Counted from the first letter of the stretch, positions 49,582 through 59,505 are shown. The stretch: 64,000 nucleotides of DNA from Myxococcota bacterium (GCA_036229005.1 JAZAMN010000008.1:64001-128000), one strand, 5' to 3'. The notes: generated by a model not told the origin, from the sequence alone. A program made the numbers and translations.

Positions 49582-52131
49582 GTGAAGGACCGCTTCCTGC
49601 CCGTTCTGCTCCTGTCCCAGGCCTCCGTGGCCGCGCTGGGGCTGCTCGCAGTCGCACTCGTCCCCGAGCCCCCGGCCCCCCGCGTAGAGCGCAGCACCCT
49701 GCCGATGCCGATGATGCCGGCGCCCACGGAGAACTGGCTGGGCCCCGACGCCGAGTCGCAGAACAAGATCGCCCGCAAGGCCTGGATGAATGACTGGGCG
49801 CACCGCTCCCCGCCGGACGTGGACTGGAAGGAGATCGAGCGGGACAACGGCCTGGCGCAGATCGAGAAGCGCAACGCTCTGGCCCGGGGAGCCCCCCCGC
49901 CGCCGCTGCCCGAGGGCCAGTGGGAAGAGCGCGGCTCGGACAACCAGGCCGGCCGCATGCACGTGGCCACCCACGGCCCGGACGGGATGCTCTACGCGGG
50001 CTCCTCCAAGGGCGGCGTCTGGCGCGCGGACCTGGACGGCCAGGGCTGGGAGGAGCTGGGCGACAACCTCTACGGCGGCGCGCACTGGCTGGAGGTCCTG
50101 GACGACGGGCGCATCCTGGCCGCCACCGACGGCGGGCTGGTCCACACCAGCGACGACGACGGCCTGACCTGGGAGGCCGCCACCGGTCTGGACAACCTGG
50201 CCGGGGTGCGGCGCCTGGAGCAGGACCGCAGCGGGGGGCTCTACATGGTGGTCGCCCAGTGGATCTGGACCGACCAGTGGGACATCGAGCAGTTCCTGGT
50301 CCGCAGCGACGACGGCGGCTCGAGCTGGGACCGCCTGCGGCAGCTCTCCGGTCAGGGCAGCGATGTGTTCGTGGCGCTGCAGGGCGACCCCGAGCGGCTC
50401 TACCTGGTCGATGGCGCTGCGCTGTGGACCAGCAGCGACGGCGGCGAGAGCTGGGTTGAGGGCCCCCGCCTGCCCGGGGGGGACCTGCGCATCGCCGGCA
50501 GCGAGGCCTCCGAGCACCCGACCCTCTACGTCACCGCGAGCGACGCCAGCGAGGTCTGGGTCAGCCAGGACGGCGGCGACAGCTTCACCAAGTCCCCCGT
50601 CGTGTTGGACGACTACTGGGGCACCCTGGAGGCCTCCCAGGTCGACCCGGCGCTGTTCGCCTGGGGCGGGGTGCACGTGCATGTGACCCGCGACGCCGGC
50701 CAGAGCTTCGGCATCGTCAACCGCTGGGAGGACTACTACGGTGACGTGCGCAACAAGCTCCACGCCGACATCCCCGGCCTGGACGCGGTGCTCGACGAGC
50801 GCGGTGAGGAGGTCTGGTACATCTCCACCGACGGCGGCCTCTACCGCAGCGAAGACGGCCTGCAGAGCGTGGAGAACCTGAGCCTGCAGGGCCTGCGCGT
50901 CTCGCAGTACTACGACACCCTCACCTCGAACGTGGACCCCGACCACGTCCACGCGGGCGCCCAGGACCAGGGCTACCAGACCACCCAGGGCGTCTCTCAG
51001 GACGACGGTGTGCTGGGCTTCGAGCAGGTCTTGAGTGGGGACTATGGTCACCTGACCTCGGGCGACGGGTCCCACCACCTGGTCTTCTCGGTCTACCCCA
51101 CCTTCATGCTGGTGGCCCAAGGCGAGGACAGCGTCAGCCTGGGCTACGTCGGCTTCCCGCCGCTGGCCAAGAGCTACGGGTGGCTGCCGGCTCTGGCCGC
51201 CGACCCCCTGGACCCCGAGGCCGTGCTCTTCCTGGCCGACAAGCTCTACCGCTACGACTACAGCACCCAGTCGGGCACCTTCGAGGCCACCCTCCACAGC
51301 CAGCAGAACTTCCAGCAGAGCTCCGGTGAGTACCTGGCCGCCCTGGCCTTCGCGCCCAGCGACCCGCGGGTGGCGGTGGGTGTGACCTCCTACGGGCGCG
51401 TGTTCACCTCGGCGGACGGCGCCCTGACCTGGGAGCGCGCCCAGGACGAGGTGCTCTACGGCCACTACTTCTACGGCCACGCGCTGATCATCGACCGGGA
51501 CGACCCCCAGACGGTCTACGTGGGCGGCGCGGGCTACGGCGGCGACCCCGTCTTTGTGAGCCGCGACGGCGGCGACACCTGGAGCTCGATGTCCGAGGGC
51601 ATGCCCACCACCACGGTCTACGGCATGGCCCAGGCCCAGGATGGCAGCGGGCGGCTCTTCGCGGCCACGGAGCAGACCGCCTACGTCTACGACCCCGAGC
51701 AGGGCGCCTGGGAGGACCTGACCGGGAACGAGGCGCCCGTGACCACCTACTGGTCCGTGGAGATCCTGGCCCACGAGAACACCGCGCGCTTTGGCACCTA
51801 CGGCCGCGGCATCTGGGACTACCGCATGGAGACCCCGGCCTGCTACCCGGTGGTGGACGCCGACGACGACGGCTTGGACTGCCTGAGCGACTGCGACGAC
51901 AGCGACGCGGCCGCTGGCCTGCCGGGCGAGGAGATCTGCGGCGACGGCATCGACCAGGACTGCGACGGCGCCGACCTGGAGTGCGCCGACACCGGCGAAG
52001 AGGGCGGCATCGGACCCCGGGGCAACTGCGGCTGCAGCGCCCAGCCTGACCTCGCTGGTGGGATCCCGTGGCTGGTGGGTGTGCTGGTGCTGCTGGGGTT
52101 CCGGCGGTGTGGGCGGCGTGAGGAGGGCTGA
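49582..52131 (+). CDS. BNR/VPS10-like beta-propeller protein with MopE-like Cys/Asp repeat and MYXO-CTERM-like tail
   Basis: Repeated S.DGG..W Asp-boxes; TYGRGIW; DCDDSD...EICGDGIDQDCDG; CGCS-hydrophobic-RR. Confidence 0.85.
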   Translation: MKDRFLPVLLLSQASVAALGLLAVALVPEPPAPRVERSTLPMPMMPAPTENWLGPDAESQNKIARKAWMNDWAHRSPPDVDWKEIERDNGLAQIEKRNALARGAPPPPLPEGQWEERGSDNQAGRMHVATHGPDGMLYAGSSKGGVWRADLDGQGWEELGDNLYGGAHWLEVLDDGRILAATDGGLVHTSDDDGLTWEAATGLDNLAGVRRLEQDRSGGLYMVVAQWIWTDQWDIEQFLVRSDDGGSSWDRLRQLSGQGSDVFVALQGDPERLYLVDGAALWTSSDGGESWVEGPRLPGGDLRIAGSEASEHPTLYVTASDASEVWVSQDGGDSFTKSPVVLDDYWGTLEASQVDPALFAWGGVHVHVTRDAGQSFGIVNRWEDYYGDVRNKLHADIPGLDAVLDERGEEVWYISTDGGLYRSEDGLQSVENLSLQGLRVSQYYDTLTSNVDPDHVHAGAQDQGYQTTQGVSQDDGVLGFEQVLSGDYGHLTSGDGSHHLVFSVYPTFMLVAQGEDSVSLGYVGFPPLAKSYGWLPALAADPLDPEAVLFLADKLYRYDYSTQSGTFEATLHSQQNFQQSSGEYLAALAFAPSDPRVAVGVTSYGRVFTSADGALTWERAQDEVLYGHYFYGHALIIDRDDPQTVYVGGAGYGGDPVFVSRDGGDTWSSMSEGMPTTTVYGMAQAQDGSGRLFAATEQTAYVYDPEQGAWEDLTGNEAPVTTYWSVEILAHENTARFGTYGRGIWDYRMETPACYPVVDADDDGLDCLSDCDDSDAAAGLPGEEICGDGIDQDCDGADLECADTGEEGGIGPRGNCGCSAQPDLAGGIPWLVGVLVLLGFRRCGRREEG

Positions 52132-52152
52132 GATCTGCTCGGCCCCCTGAGC

Positions 52153-52611
52153 TCAAGCCTTGGCGGGGCCTTGCTGTGAGAGCCGTCGGGCTCCGGCCTG
52201 GAGCCGGCTCAAGGTCCCGCTGAGCTGCTCGCGCTCGGGCTCGCTCAGCTCGGAGGTCACCGCGTCGATCCAGGCGCGGTTGAAGGCGGCGATCTCCTGG
52301 AGCAGGGGCTGGGCGCTCTCGGTGGGGTGGAGGCGCTTGACGCGTCGGTCCGCGGGGCTGCGGCGCTCCTGGATGAGGCCCTTGAGGCGGAGGCGCTTGA
52401 GGCCGCGGGCGACGGCGGCGCGGTCCACGACGAGCTGGGCGGCGAGCTGGTGCTGGGTGGTGCCGGGCTGGGCCCCGACGTTCGCGAGCAGGATCCCCTC
52501 GGTGTAGGAGAGCTCGTGGACCGCCAGCGCGGCGCTGAACTGGGCCAGGAAGCTCCGGTTCAGGACGCCGAAGGCGCGCAGTAGCTGGGTGTCGTCCTGG
52601 GCGCGGGTCAT
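52153..52611 (-). CDS. MarR-family regulator
   Basis: TQHQLAAQLVVDRAAVARGLKRL..KGLI...SPADRRVK. Confidence 0.9.
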   Translation of the reverse strand: MTRAQDDTQLLRAFGVLNRSFLAQFSAALAVHELSYTEGILLANVGAQPGTTQHQLAAQLVVDRAAVARGLKRLRLKGLIQERRSPADRRVKRLHPTESAQPLLQEIAAFNRAWIDAVTSELSEPEREQLSGTLSRLQAGARRLSQQGPAKA

Positions 52612-53669
52612 GGGCGGTCGAAGGCCTCCTGGAGGACGCGGATGAAGGTCTCGGGGCTGTCCAGGTGGACCACGTGCTCGGCGTCAACCCGCTGGTAGCT
52701 CCCGTCGGAGAGCAGCGCCACGGCGCGGGCGGCGTCGGCGTCGTCCAGGGCGCCGTTGAGGGTGCCGTCGTCCAGGACCTCGAAGTTGGCGTGCAGCAGG
52801 AGGGTGGGGGCGCTGACCTTGGCCAGTGCCTGGGCCTGATCGAAGCCCGCGCTCCAGCTCCCGTCGTAGAACGCGGCGCCAAAGTGGGGGTCGTAGACGG
52901 CGAGGCCTCGGATCAGCAGCCGGATGGTGTCGGGCAGGGCGGTCAGCTCCAGGGGCTCTCCGGGGTGGTCCTCGCGGTAGCGCTGGATGCGGTGGACGAG
53001 CAGGCTGTAGCCGAGCTTGCCGACCTGCTTCTCGATGAAGGGCCGGTTGTCTTCCAGCCAGTAGGAGAGGAAGTCGGTCTCCCCGCTGGAGAGGAAGTCG
53101 TGGCAGGTGGTGAAGCTCCGGTAGGCCACGGTCTGCTTGGATCGCGGCAGCTCCGAGGTGAACAGGGGCGGGTCCTCCAGCACGACAGCGCGCACCCACT
53201 GGGGGGATTCGGCGGCGAGCCACAGCGAGAGCAGCGCGCCCGAGGAGTTCCCGGAGAGGTAGACGGGCTCCCCGATCACGTGCTCGATGAAGGCGCTCAG
53301 GTCCTGCCCGATGTCCCCGGCGTTCAGCCGCTCTGGCGGGGCCTGGGTGTCGCCGTGGCCGTGGTAGGAGACGGCGAAGACGTGGAAGGACTGGGAGAGC
53401 TCCGGGAGCACGCGGCTGTAGCTGAACCAGTCCATGTGTTGGGCGTGCAGGAGCAGCAGCGGCGGGCCGTTGTCGGGGCCCTCGGCGTAGCGCAGGGTCG
53501 TCTCTCCGACCTGGACCTGCATCTCCACGACGCCGGCCTCCGCGAGGGTCGCGTGCCAGGGGTCGCGGTGCTCGGCGTGGAGGTCTCCGGGATCGACCAA
53601 CTCGGGGGTGCCGACCTGGGGGGCGCAGGCGAACAGGACGCCGAGGGAACAGAGGGTCGCGGTGGACAT
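52608..53669 (-). CDS. alpha/beta hydrolase lipoprotein
   Basis: LFAC lipobox; GPPLLLLH, HGHG, GNSSG, LEDPP, HVVH. Confidence 0.85.
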   Translation of the reverse strand: MSTATLCSLGVLFACAPQVGTPELVDPGDLHAEHRDPWHATLAEAGVVEMQVQVGETTLRYAEGPDNGPPLLLLHAQHMDWFSYSRVLPELSQSFHVFAVSYHGHGDTQAPPERLNAGDIGQDLSAFIEHVIGEPVYLSGNSSGALLSLWLAAESPQWVRAVVLEDPPLFTSELPRSKQTVAYRSFTTCHDFLSSGETDFLSYWLEDNRPFIEKQVGKLGYSLLVHRIQRYREDHPGEPLELTALPDTIRLLIRGLAVYDPHFGAAFYDGSWSAGFDQAQALAKVSAPTLLLHANFEVLDDGTLNGALDDADAARAVALLSDGSYQRVDAEHVVHLDSPETFIRVLQEAFDRP

Positions 53670-53685
53670 GTGCACTCCAGAAAGG

Positions 53686-53706
53686 TGACTCAGTCATGTT
53701 AATGAC
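53686..53706. promoter_or_regulatory. overlapping dyads, candidate MarR operator
   Basis: TGACTCAGTCA and GTCATGTTAATGAC upstream of the hydrolase-marR operon. Confidence 0.45.
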
Positions 53707-53797
53707 AGGCCTCGGGATCTGCAAGCCCCCTCGGCCCCCCTCGGGAAAATGGTAGGGAGAAGGGGTGAAGGGACGCACCCTGTCCGCTGGAGTCTCC

Positions 53798-55765
53798 ATG
53801 CTGCTGCTGCTCGCCTTGGCCTGCGCCAAGGACACCCCCGCTGACGACACCGGCCGCGACTGGTCCTGCCAGCTCGACGCCAGCGCGGAGCACGACTACG
53901 CGCCGGAGCTGGGCTGCCTGGAGGACTTCGAGCTGCTCGCCGCGGCGCCTCTGGATGCGTCCATTCCGGGGGCCCGGTCCGCCAAGACGGTGGTGGACCG
54001 CGCAGACGATGGGACGCTCTACTTCCAGAACTCGGCGCTCTACCCCATCCACTGGGACTTCACGTCGGCCCACCTGAGCGGGAACGGGCTGCCCCTGGTG
54101 CCGGAGCTGGGGACCTTCAACGCGACGGAGTACACCTCGCCGGACCGGCGCTTTGTGCTGGGGGCCATCACCTTCTACGAGGGGCCGGGGGTGTGGGCCT
54201 ACGAGATCGCGCCCTACGACACGGCCACGCCGGAGATGGTGGAGCTGGCCTTTGACAGCATCCGCAAGCACGCCTGGATGGGGAGCGCGCTGCACTTCCA
54301 CCCGGGCTCCGAGGCGGTCGAGGCCGTGGCCGCCCAGCTCCCGGACGACATCCCCATCGTCAGCACCCAGGAGCTGTTCGCGGGCATCGACTACCAGCCC
54401 CTGAACCTGGGGGAGACCGTCGCCCTGCTGGCCTTCTACACCGCGGACGAGGTCGACGGCACCTACGTCAACCCCCGCGAGCTGGTGGTCCTGGACAGCG
54501 TGCCCAACGACATCTCGGTGGTCTCGGGCATCATCACGGGCACCTTCCAGACGCCGCTCTCGCACATCAACGTGCTCTCCCAGAACCGCGGGACGCCCAA
54601 CATGGGCCTGCGCGATGCTTACGACAACGCGGAGCTGCGCGCGCTCGAGGGCAAGTGGGTGCACCTGACGGTCGAGGCCAACGGCTGGTCCGTCCAGGAG
54701 GTCAGCGCCGAGGAGGCCGACGCCTGGTGGGAGGAGAACCGCCCCGAGCCGCTGGAGATCGGGGAGATGGACACGTCCATCACCGCGCTCACCGACACCC
54801 AGGACATCCTGGACCTGGAGACCTACAGCCTGGCCGATGCGCTCTCCCTGATGGTCCCCGCCTTTGGGGGAAAGGCCGCGCACTACTCCGGCCTCTCGCA
54901 GATGGAGGACTTCCCGGCGCCCCCCGCGTTCGCCGTCCCCATCGCCCACTACGACAAGCACCTGCGGGACAACGGCATCTGGGATCTGGTCGCCGAGACC
55001 CTGGCCGACCCCACCTTCCAGGACGACCCGACCACGCGTCAGGCCAGCCTGGAGCTCATTCAGCAGGCGATCCTGGACGCGCCCGTCGACCCCCAGCTCC
55101 TCGCCGACGTCGAGGCCAAGATCGTGGACGGCCCCTACGGCACCACGCGCATGCGCTTCCGCTCGTCCACCAACGCGGAAGACCTGGGCGCCTTCACCGG
55201 GGCCGGGCTCTACACCTCCAAGACCGGCGACCCCCTGGACGAGGACAAGCCCGTCGCCGACGCCATGCGCACCGTCTGGGCCAGCGTCTGGAGCCTGCGC
55301 GCCTTCGAGGAGCGCGAGTACTGGGGCATCGACCACACCCGCGTCGGCATGGCCCTGCTCTGCCACCGCAGCTTCCCGGACGAGGAGGCCAACGGCGTCG
55401 CCATCACCGCCAACCTCTTCGACCCCAGCGGCCTGGAGCCGGCGTTCTACGTGAACGTCCAGTACGGCGGCGAGTCCGTCGTGCAGCCCCGCCCGGGCGT
55501 GATCTCCGACCAGTACCTGCACTACTTCGACCTGCCCAACCAGCCGGTGGTCTACCTGGCGCACTCCAACCTCATCCCCTCCGACCAGACCGTGCTCACG
55601 GACCGGGAGATCTACGACCTGGGGGTCGCGCTCAAGGCCGTGCACCAGTTCTTCGCGCCGGCCTACGGCGACTCCGCGTTCTACGCGATGGACACGGAGT
55701 TCAAGTTCGACGAGGGCCAGCTCTACCTCAAGCAGGCCCGGCCCTACCCCGGCCGGGGCGAGTGA
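53798..55765 (+). CDS. lipoprotein dikinase-like protein (phospho-His swivel + PPDK/PEPS nucleotide-binding domain)
   Basis: MLLLLALAC; LSHINVLSQNRGTPN; FGGKA, RFRSSTNAEDL..FTGAGLY, DTEFK...KQARP. Alternative GTG start at 53765. Confidence 0.85.
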   Translation: MLLLLALACAKDTPADDTGRDWSCQLDASAEHDYAPELGCLEDFELLAAAPLDASIPGARSAKTVVDRADDGTLYFQNSALYPIHWDFTSAHLSGNGLPLVPELGTFNATEYTSPDRRFVLGAITFYEGPGVWAYEIAPYDTATPEMVELAFDSIRKHAWMGSALHFHPGSEAVEAVAAQLPDDIPIVSTQELFAGIDYQPLNLGETVALLAFYTADEVDGTYVNPRELVVLDSVPNDISVVSGIITGTFQTPLSHINVLSQNRGTPNMGLRDAYDNAELRALEGKWVHLTVEANGWSVQEVSAEEADAWWEENRPEPLEIGEMDTSITALTDTQDILDLETYSLADALSLMVPAFGGKAAHYSGLSQMEDFPAPPAFAVPIAHYDKHLRDNGIWDLVAETLADPTFQDDPTTRQASLELIQQAILDAPVDPQLLADVEAKIVDGPYGTTRMRFRSSTNAEDLGAFTGAGLYTSKTGDPLDEDKPVADAMRTVWASVWSLRAFEEREYWGIDHTRVGMALLCHRSFPDEEANGVAITANLFDPSGLEPAFYVNVQYGGESVVQPRPGVISDQYLHYFDLPNQPVVYLAHSNLIPSDQTVLTDREIYDLGVALKAVHQFFAPAYGDSAFYAMDTEFKFDEGQLYLKQARPYPGRGE

Positions 55766-55797
55766 GTCCGGCGCGCTTTCTGTAGAGTGGGGCGAAG

Positions 55798-56604
55798 TTG
55801 ACCTCAGTCCTTGCCAATGACGACCCCACCGCGCTGCCTCTGGGCGCCGAGGACTGGGTCAGGGACTTTGAGCGCGCCAGCGAGGAGCTGCTGGCCGCCC
55901 GCCTGCTCACGCGCCGCATAGACTACAAGTACCTGATCTCCTTGGGAGATCTGCCGGGGCTGCTGGCGTCGCTGCGGGGGGAGCACGCGGTGCTGTCCAG
56001 CGGCCGGGCCTGGGCGGGCTATCGCACGCGCTACTACGACACGGACGGGCTGCGCAGCTTCCACGACCACCGGCGCGGGGTGCCCCGCCGCTTCAAGCTG
56101 CGCCACCGGGACTACCTGGACCGCCAGGTGCGCTTCTTCGAGGTCAAGCACAACACGAACCGGGGCGGCACCCGAAAAGTGCGGCTGGAGCGGCCGTTCA
56201 CGGACGGGTTTCCTCGCTTGGGCCCGGAGTGCTTCGAGCTGCTGCGCGCCGAGCTGCCCGGCGGTGTGGACCCGCTGTGCGCAACGGTAGACAACCACTT
56301 CTTCCGCCTGAGCCTGCTGGGGATCCGGGCCGTCGAGCGGGTGACGGTGGACATCGGGATGCGCCTTTGGGCGCGGGGGATGGAGGCCCGCCTGCCGGCG
56401 CTGGCCATCGTCGAGGTGAAGACCGCCGCGCCGCGTCACCTGAGCCCCACGCTGAACGCCCTGACCCGCGCCGGGATGCGCCCGGGGGGCATGTCCAAGT
56501 ATTGTGCCGCCTTGGCCCTGCTCAGTGAGCAGCCCGCCTGGTTCCCCAAGCTGCGCCGGCGCATCGCCGCCTTGAGCCCCCTGGAGGTGCGCCCTGCACG
56601 TTGA
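55798..56604 (+). CDS. VTC-domain (polyphosphate polymerase / CYTH-like) protein
   Basis: RIDYKY, YRTRYYDT, RFKLRHRDY, FFEVK, ERVTVD, IVEVK, SKYC. Confidence 0.88.
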   Translation: MTSVLANDDPTALPLGAEDWVRDFERASEELLAARLLTRRIDYKYLISLGDLPGLLASLRGEHAVLSSGRAWAGYRTRYYDTDGLRSFHDHRRGVPRRFKLRHRDYLDRQVRFFEVKHNTNRGGTRKVRLERPFTDGFPRLGPECFELLRAELPGGVDPLCATVDNHFFRLSLLGIRAVERVTVDIGMRLWARGMEARLPALAIVEVKTAAPRHLSPTLNALTRAGMRPGGMSKYCAALALLSEQPAWFPKLRRRIAALSPLEVRPAR

Positions 56605-56620
56605 GCTGCCCCCTGGCCTG

Positions 56621-57175
56621 TTGATGCACCTGGGCCTGAACCTGCTCGCCGCGCTGGCGCTGATCCTGGGGGTCTACCGCTCCTTTCGGGACGACGGAAA
56701 GGCGGCGTTCACCTTGGCGATGCTGAACCTGGTGACCTTCTGCCTGGCGACCCTGCTGGCGCGGGTGAGCATCGATCTGGGGGTGAGCCTGGGGCTGTTC
56801 GCGATCTTCGGGATCTTGCGGTATCGGACCTCGGCCCTGGATATCGGCGACCTGACCTACGTGTTCGTGGTGATCGGGCTGGCGGTGATCAACGGCATCG
56901 CTGTCGGGGACGCGACGCTCTTTGAGCTTGCGCTGCTCAACGGACTGATCGTGCTCGCCGCGCTGGTGTTGGAGCTGCTGCGCTCCCGCTCGGTTCGCCC
57001 CACGATGCCGCTGCGCTACGACCGCCTGGACCTGCTGCCCCCGGGGCGTCGGACTGAGCTGCTGGCCGACCTGAGCGAGCGCCTGGGTGTGCGCTGCGTG
57101 GGCGTTCGCGTGGAGTCGGTGAACCTGTTGATGTCCACCGCGGAGCTGTCGGTCGAGCTGGAGGAGGGGCTGTGA
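56621..57175 (+). CDS. DUF4956-like membrane protein (possible CTG start at 56594 after GGAGG)
   Basis: SLGLFAIFGILRYRT, LTYVFVVIGLAVING, YDRLDLL.P..R.ELLADLSERLG. Confidence 0.85.
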   Translation: MMHLGLNLLAALALILGVYRSFRDDGKAAFTLAMLNLVTFCLATLLARVSIDLGVSLGLFAIFGILRYRTSALDIGDLTYVFVVIGLAVINGIAVGDATLFELALLNGLIVLAALVLELLRSRSVRPTMPLRYDRLDLLPPGRRTELLADLSERLGVRCVGVRVESVNLLMSTAELSVELEEGL

Positions 57176-57831
57176 GTCCCCTGTGGATCTGGGCCCACCT
57201 CTCGGGGGCGGCCTTGGCTGCGGAAGGCCACGAGCTTCAGATCTGGAACGAGGTGGGGGTGGAGCTGGACCTGCCCAAGCGCTGGGAGCTCCAGCTCAGC
57301 GAGTCCCTGCGCCTGGACCCCCTGGCGCCCCCCGCCGCCGATGAGCTGCTCACCGACCTGAGCCTGGGCTGGCGGCCGACCAAGAAGGCGCCCCTGGAGC
57401 TGAGCGCGGGTTTCCGCCAGGAGCTGCTGGGCGTGGGGAGCGGGGAGCTGGGAGCCGCCCAGCGGATCAACGTGGACCTGGGCTGGGAGATCGATCCGGG
57501 GCCCTTCGAGCTGGACATGCGCCTGCGCGGTCAGCAGCGGCCGCCCTGGAGCGAGGCCGAGGACTGGGCCGACCGGAACCCGACGCTACGCCTCAAGGGG
57601 GGGCTGGATCTCAAGCAGGACTGGGCGGTGGAGCCCGTGCTGGCCGTGGAGCCCTGGTGGCGCGCGGGGCAGGGCCTGCACAAGGTGCGCGTGGACGTGG
57701 GGGCCAAGGGAGATCTGGGCGACTGGGGGCTCAAGGTGCTCTACCGCTACGAGGAGCCGCTGTCCGACCCGACGGACCCTCGGCGGCACGTGGTGGCGCT
57801 GTCGGTGGAGCGTGGGGTGGAGCTGGATTGA
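57172..57831 (+). CDS. DUF2490-like outer-membrane beta-barrel
   Basis: Signal peptide; QIWNEVGVELDL and alternating strands; GTGA coupling to the previous gene. Confidence 0.65.
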   Translation: MSPLWIWAHLSGAALAAEGHELQIWNEVGVELDLPKRWELQLSESLRLDPLAPPAADELLTDLSLGWRPTKKAPLELSAGFRQELLGVGSGELGAAQRINVDLGWEIDPGPFELDMRLRGQQRPPWSEAEDWADRNPTLRLKGGLDLKQDWAVEPVLAVEPWWRAGQGLHKVRVDVGAKGDLGDWGLKVLYRYEEPLSDPTDPRRHVVALSVERGVELD

Positions 57832-57834
57832 GGG

Positions 57835-58091
57835 GGCTACGGGGTGTGAGTGAGCGCGGGGTGGTGGCTACGGGGTCTGGGTGAGCGACTTCCTGAGGCT
57901 ACGCCTGACGGGTGAGCGATTTGGGGACCGTTTGGGCGGGATCTGGGGTCGAATGGGGGTGGAGAGCGCTGTTCTGGGGGTCTTTGGGGCCGAATCGGTG
58001 GGCCGATCGCTCACTGAGCATGGGTAGCCTCAGCGAAGCGCTCATTGAGAGGGCGTAGCCTGGGGGTTGCGCTCATTGGGGGGGCGTAGCC
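57835..58091. repeat. inverted 31-bp-period array element, family 1 (3+3 units)
   Basis: GGCTAC-N10-TGAGCG at 57835/57866/57897; 89-bp core; CGCTCA-N10-GTAGCC at 58008/58039/58070. Confidence 0.95.
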
Positions 58092-58109
58092 GCGGGTGCG
58101 GTAGGTCGG

Positions 58110-58488
58110 CCTCCCTGAGCGCGGGCTTCGTCGCGGAGCTCGGGGGCCGCCGGGTGGGCTTTGGCACGATGGTCCCCTTCGATGAGAACCCGGGGCTGCA
58201 GCTCTTCGCCAACCAGTTCCGGAGGCTCGACGCCAAGGCCAGAGCCTGGGCTTCGATCGCCTCTTGGATGTGCAGGGGCCGCGCGCGCAGCAGGCTCTGA
58301 TGCTGCTGCCGCTCGGGACCAAGGCCGAAGCGCTCGGGCTGGGGTGGCAGCTCGCCAGGCTGCGCTGGCTGGCCGCGTTCTATGGTCGGCCGCTCTCGAC
58401 GCTGCTGGTGACGCTGCTGGTTTTGGTGGGGTACGGCATCGGCCTCGCAGGCGGTGTCACCTGGGTCTGGCTTCACCTCCTCGAGTGA
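58110..58488 (+). pseudogene. possible 5'-truncated, frameshifted gene remnant
   Basis: Two overlapping short + ORFs in different frames (58067-58300, 58264-58488), the second ending in a TM helix; no clear start. Confidence 0.3.
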
Positions 58489-58616
58489 TCGCAACCACCC
58501 GAGGCCCGCTTGGCGACGCCCCATCGGCCGCGCGGCGTCCGCATCGTGGACCGGGTGCGGGCGTCGTCGCGGAACCTCCGCGACAACCCGCTGTCCCACC
58601 CGACAGTGAGGCCCCC

Positions 58617-59501
58617 ATGTTCCTGCTCCTGCTTGGCTGCATGCCCGAGTCCCAGTGGCTCGCCGATCCCGGGCTGATCGAGCTCACCGAGCTGCAGGCC
58701 CGGCCGCTCCCAGGTGTCGTTGGCGCGCGCTTCACACCCGATGGGGACGACCTGGACCTCAGCGGATTCTCCTTCGTCACCCATGGCGTTGTCGAGCACG
58801 ACAGCGAGCAGGCGCGCTTGGCGGTCGACATCCAGGGGCTCCGCCTGCTCCTCTGGTTCGACCTCCAGGACCTCACCCCCGGCGCCTGGGCGCCCTTCAC
58901 CCTCGAGGGTCCCGAGCACGCCGTCCACCACCCAGGCGGCGCCCCTACGTTCGACGGCAGCGGCCTCTCCGAGCTCTGGTACGTCGATGCCCAGGAGCCG
59001 CTGCTGTTCACCCACGCCTTCCCTCGGGAGGAGCCGCTGCTGACCGCACCAGACGGCGAGCTCCTCACCCTCTTGAACCCGCGGATGCTCTGCGGCTGCT
59101 CCGTCTCCTGCCGCCCAAGCGAGGACACCCTGGCCAACCCCATCGGCCCCTCTCGGGACGGCTACCGACCCGTGGAGACCGAGGACCCCGTCACCGGACT
59201 GCGATTCGAAGGCTGGGTCCGCGCCGAGGCCCTGGAGCGCCGAAGCCGGCCGACCACCACCCACGCCCGGAACAAGGTCTTCCAACCCGGGGCGCACTTG
59301 CAGGGATGGAGTCCCCTCCAGGCCCTGCTCGCGGGCAACCCCGCCATCCAGCCCGGCGAGCCCCTCTACGACGCGGAGGGAGAGCTGGCCGCCGTCGCCC
59401 TCTCGGAGCTCTACGTGGACTGGGGAGAGCCCGAAGGAGACGGTTGGATCCCCCTGCATTTTGGTGGGTCTGAGCTCACCCTCTATCTCCCGCCGGAGTA
59501 G
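58617..59501 (+). CDS. hypothetical lipoprotein
   Basis: GAGG RBS then MFLLLLGC; coding-like composition. Confidence 0.65.
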   Translation: MFLLLLGCMPESQWLADPGLIELTELQARPLPGVVGARFTPDGDDLDLSGFSFVTHGVVEHDSEQARLAVDIQGLRLLLWFDLQDLTPGAWAPFTLEGPEHAVHHPGGAPTFDGSGLSELWYVDAQEPLLFTHAFPREEPLLTAPDGELLTLLNPRMLCGCSVSCRPSEDTLANPIGPSRDGYRPVETEDPVTGLRFEGWVRAEALERRSRPTTTHARNKVFQPGAHLQGWSPLQALLAGNPAIQPGEPLYDAEGELAAVALSELYVDWGEPEGDGWIPLHFGGSELTLYLPPE

Positions 59502-59505
59502 CCCC

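Noticed and set aside
58161..58177. Second sigma-54 promoter (TTGGCACGAT)
   Set aside because: Lacks the GC at the -12 position.
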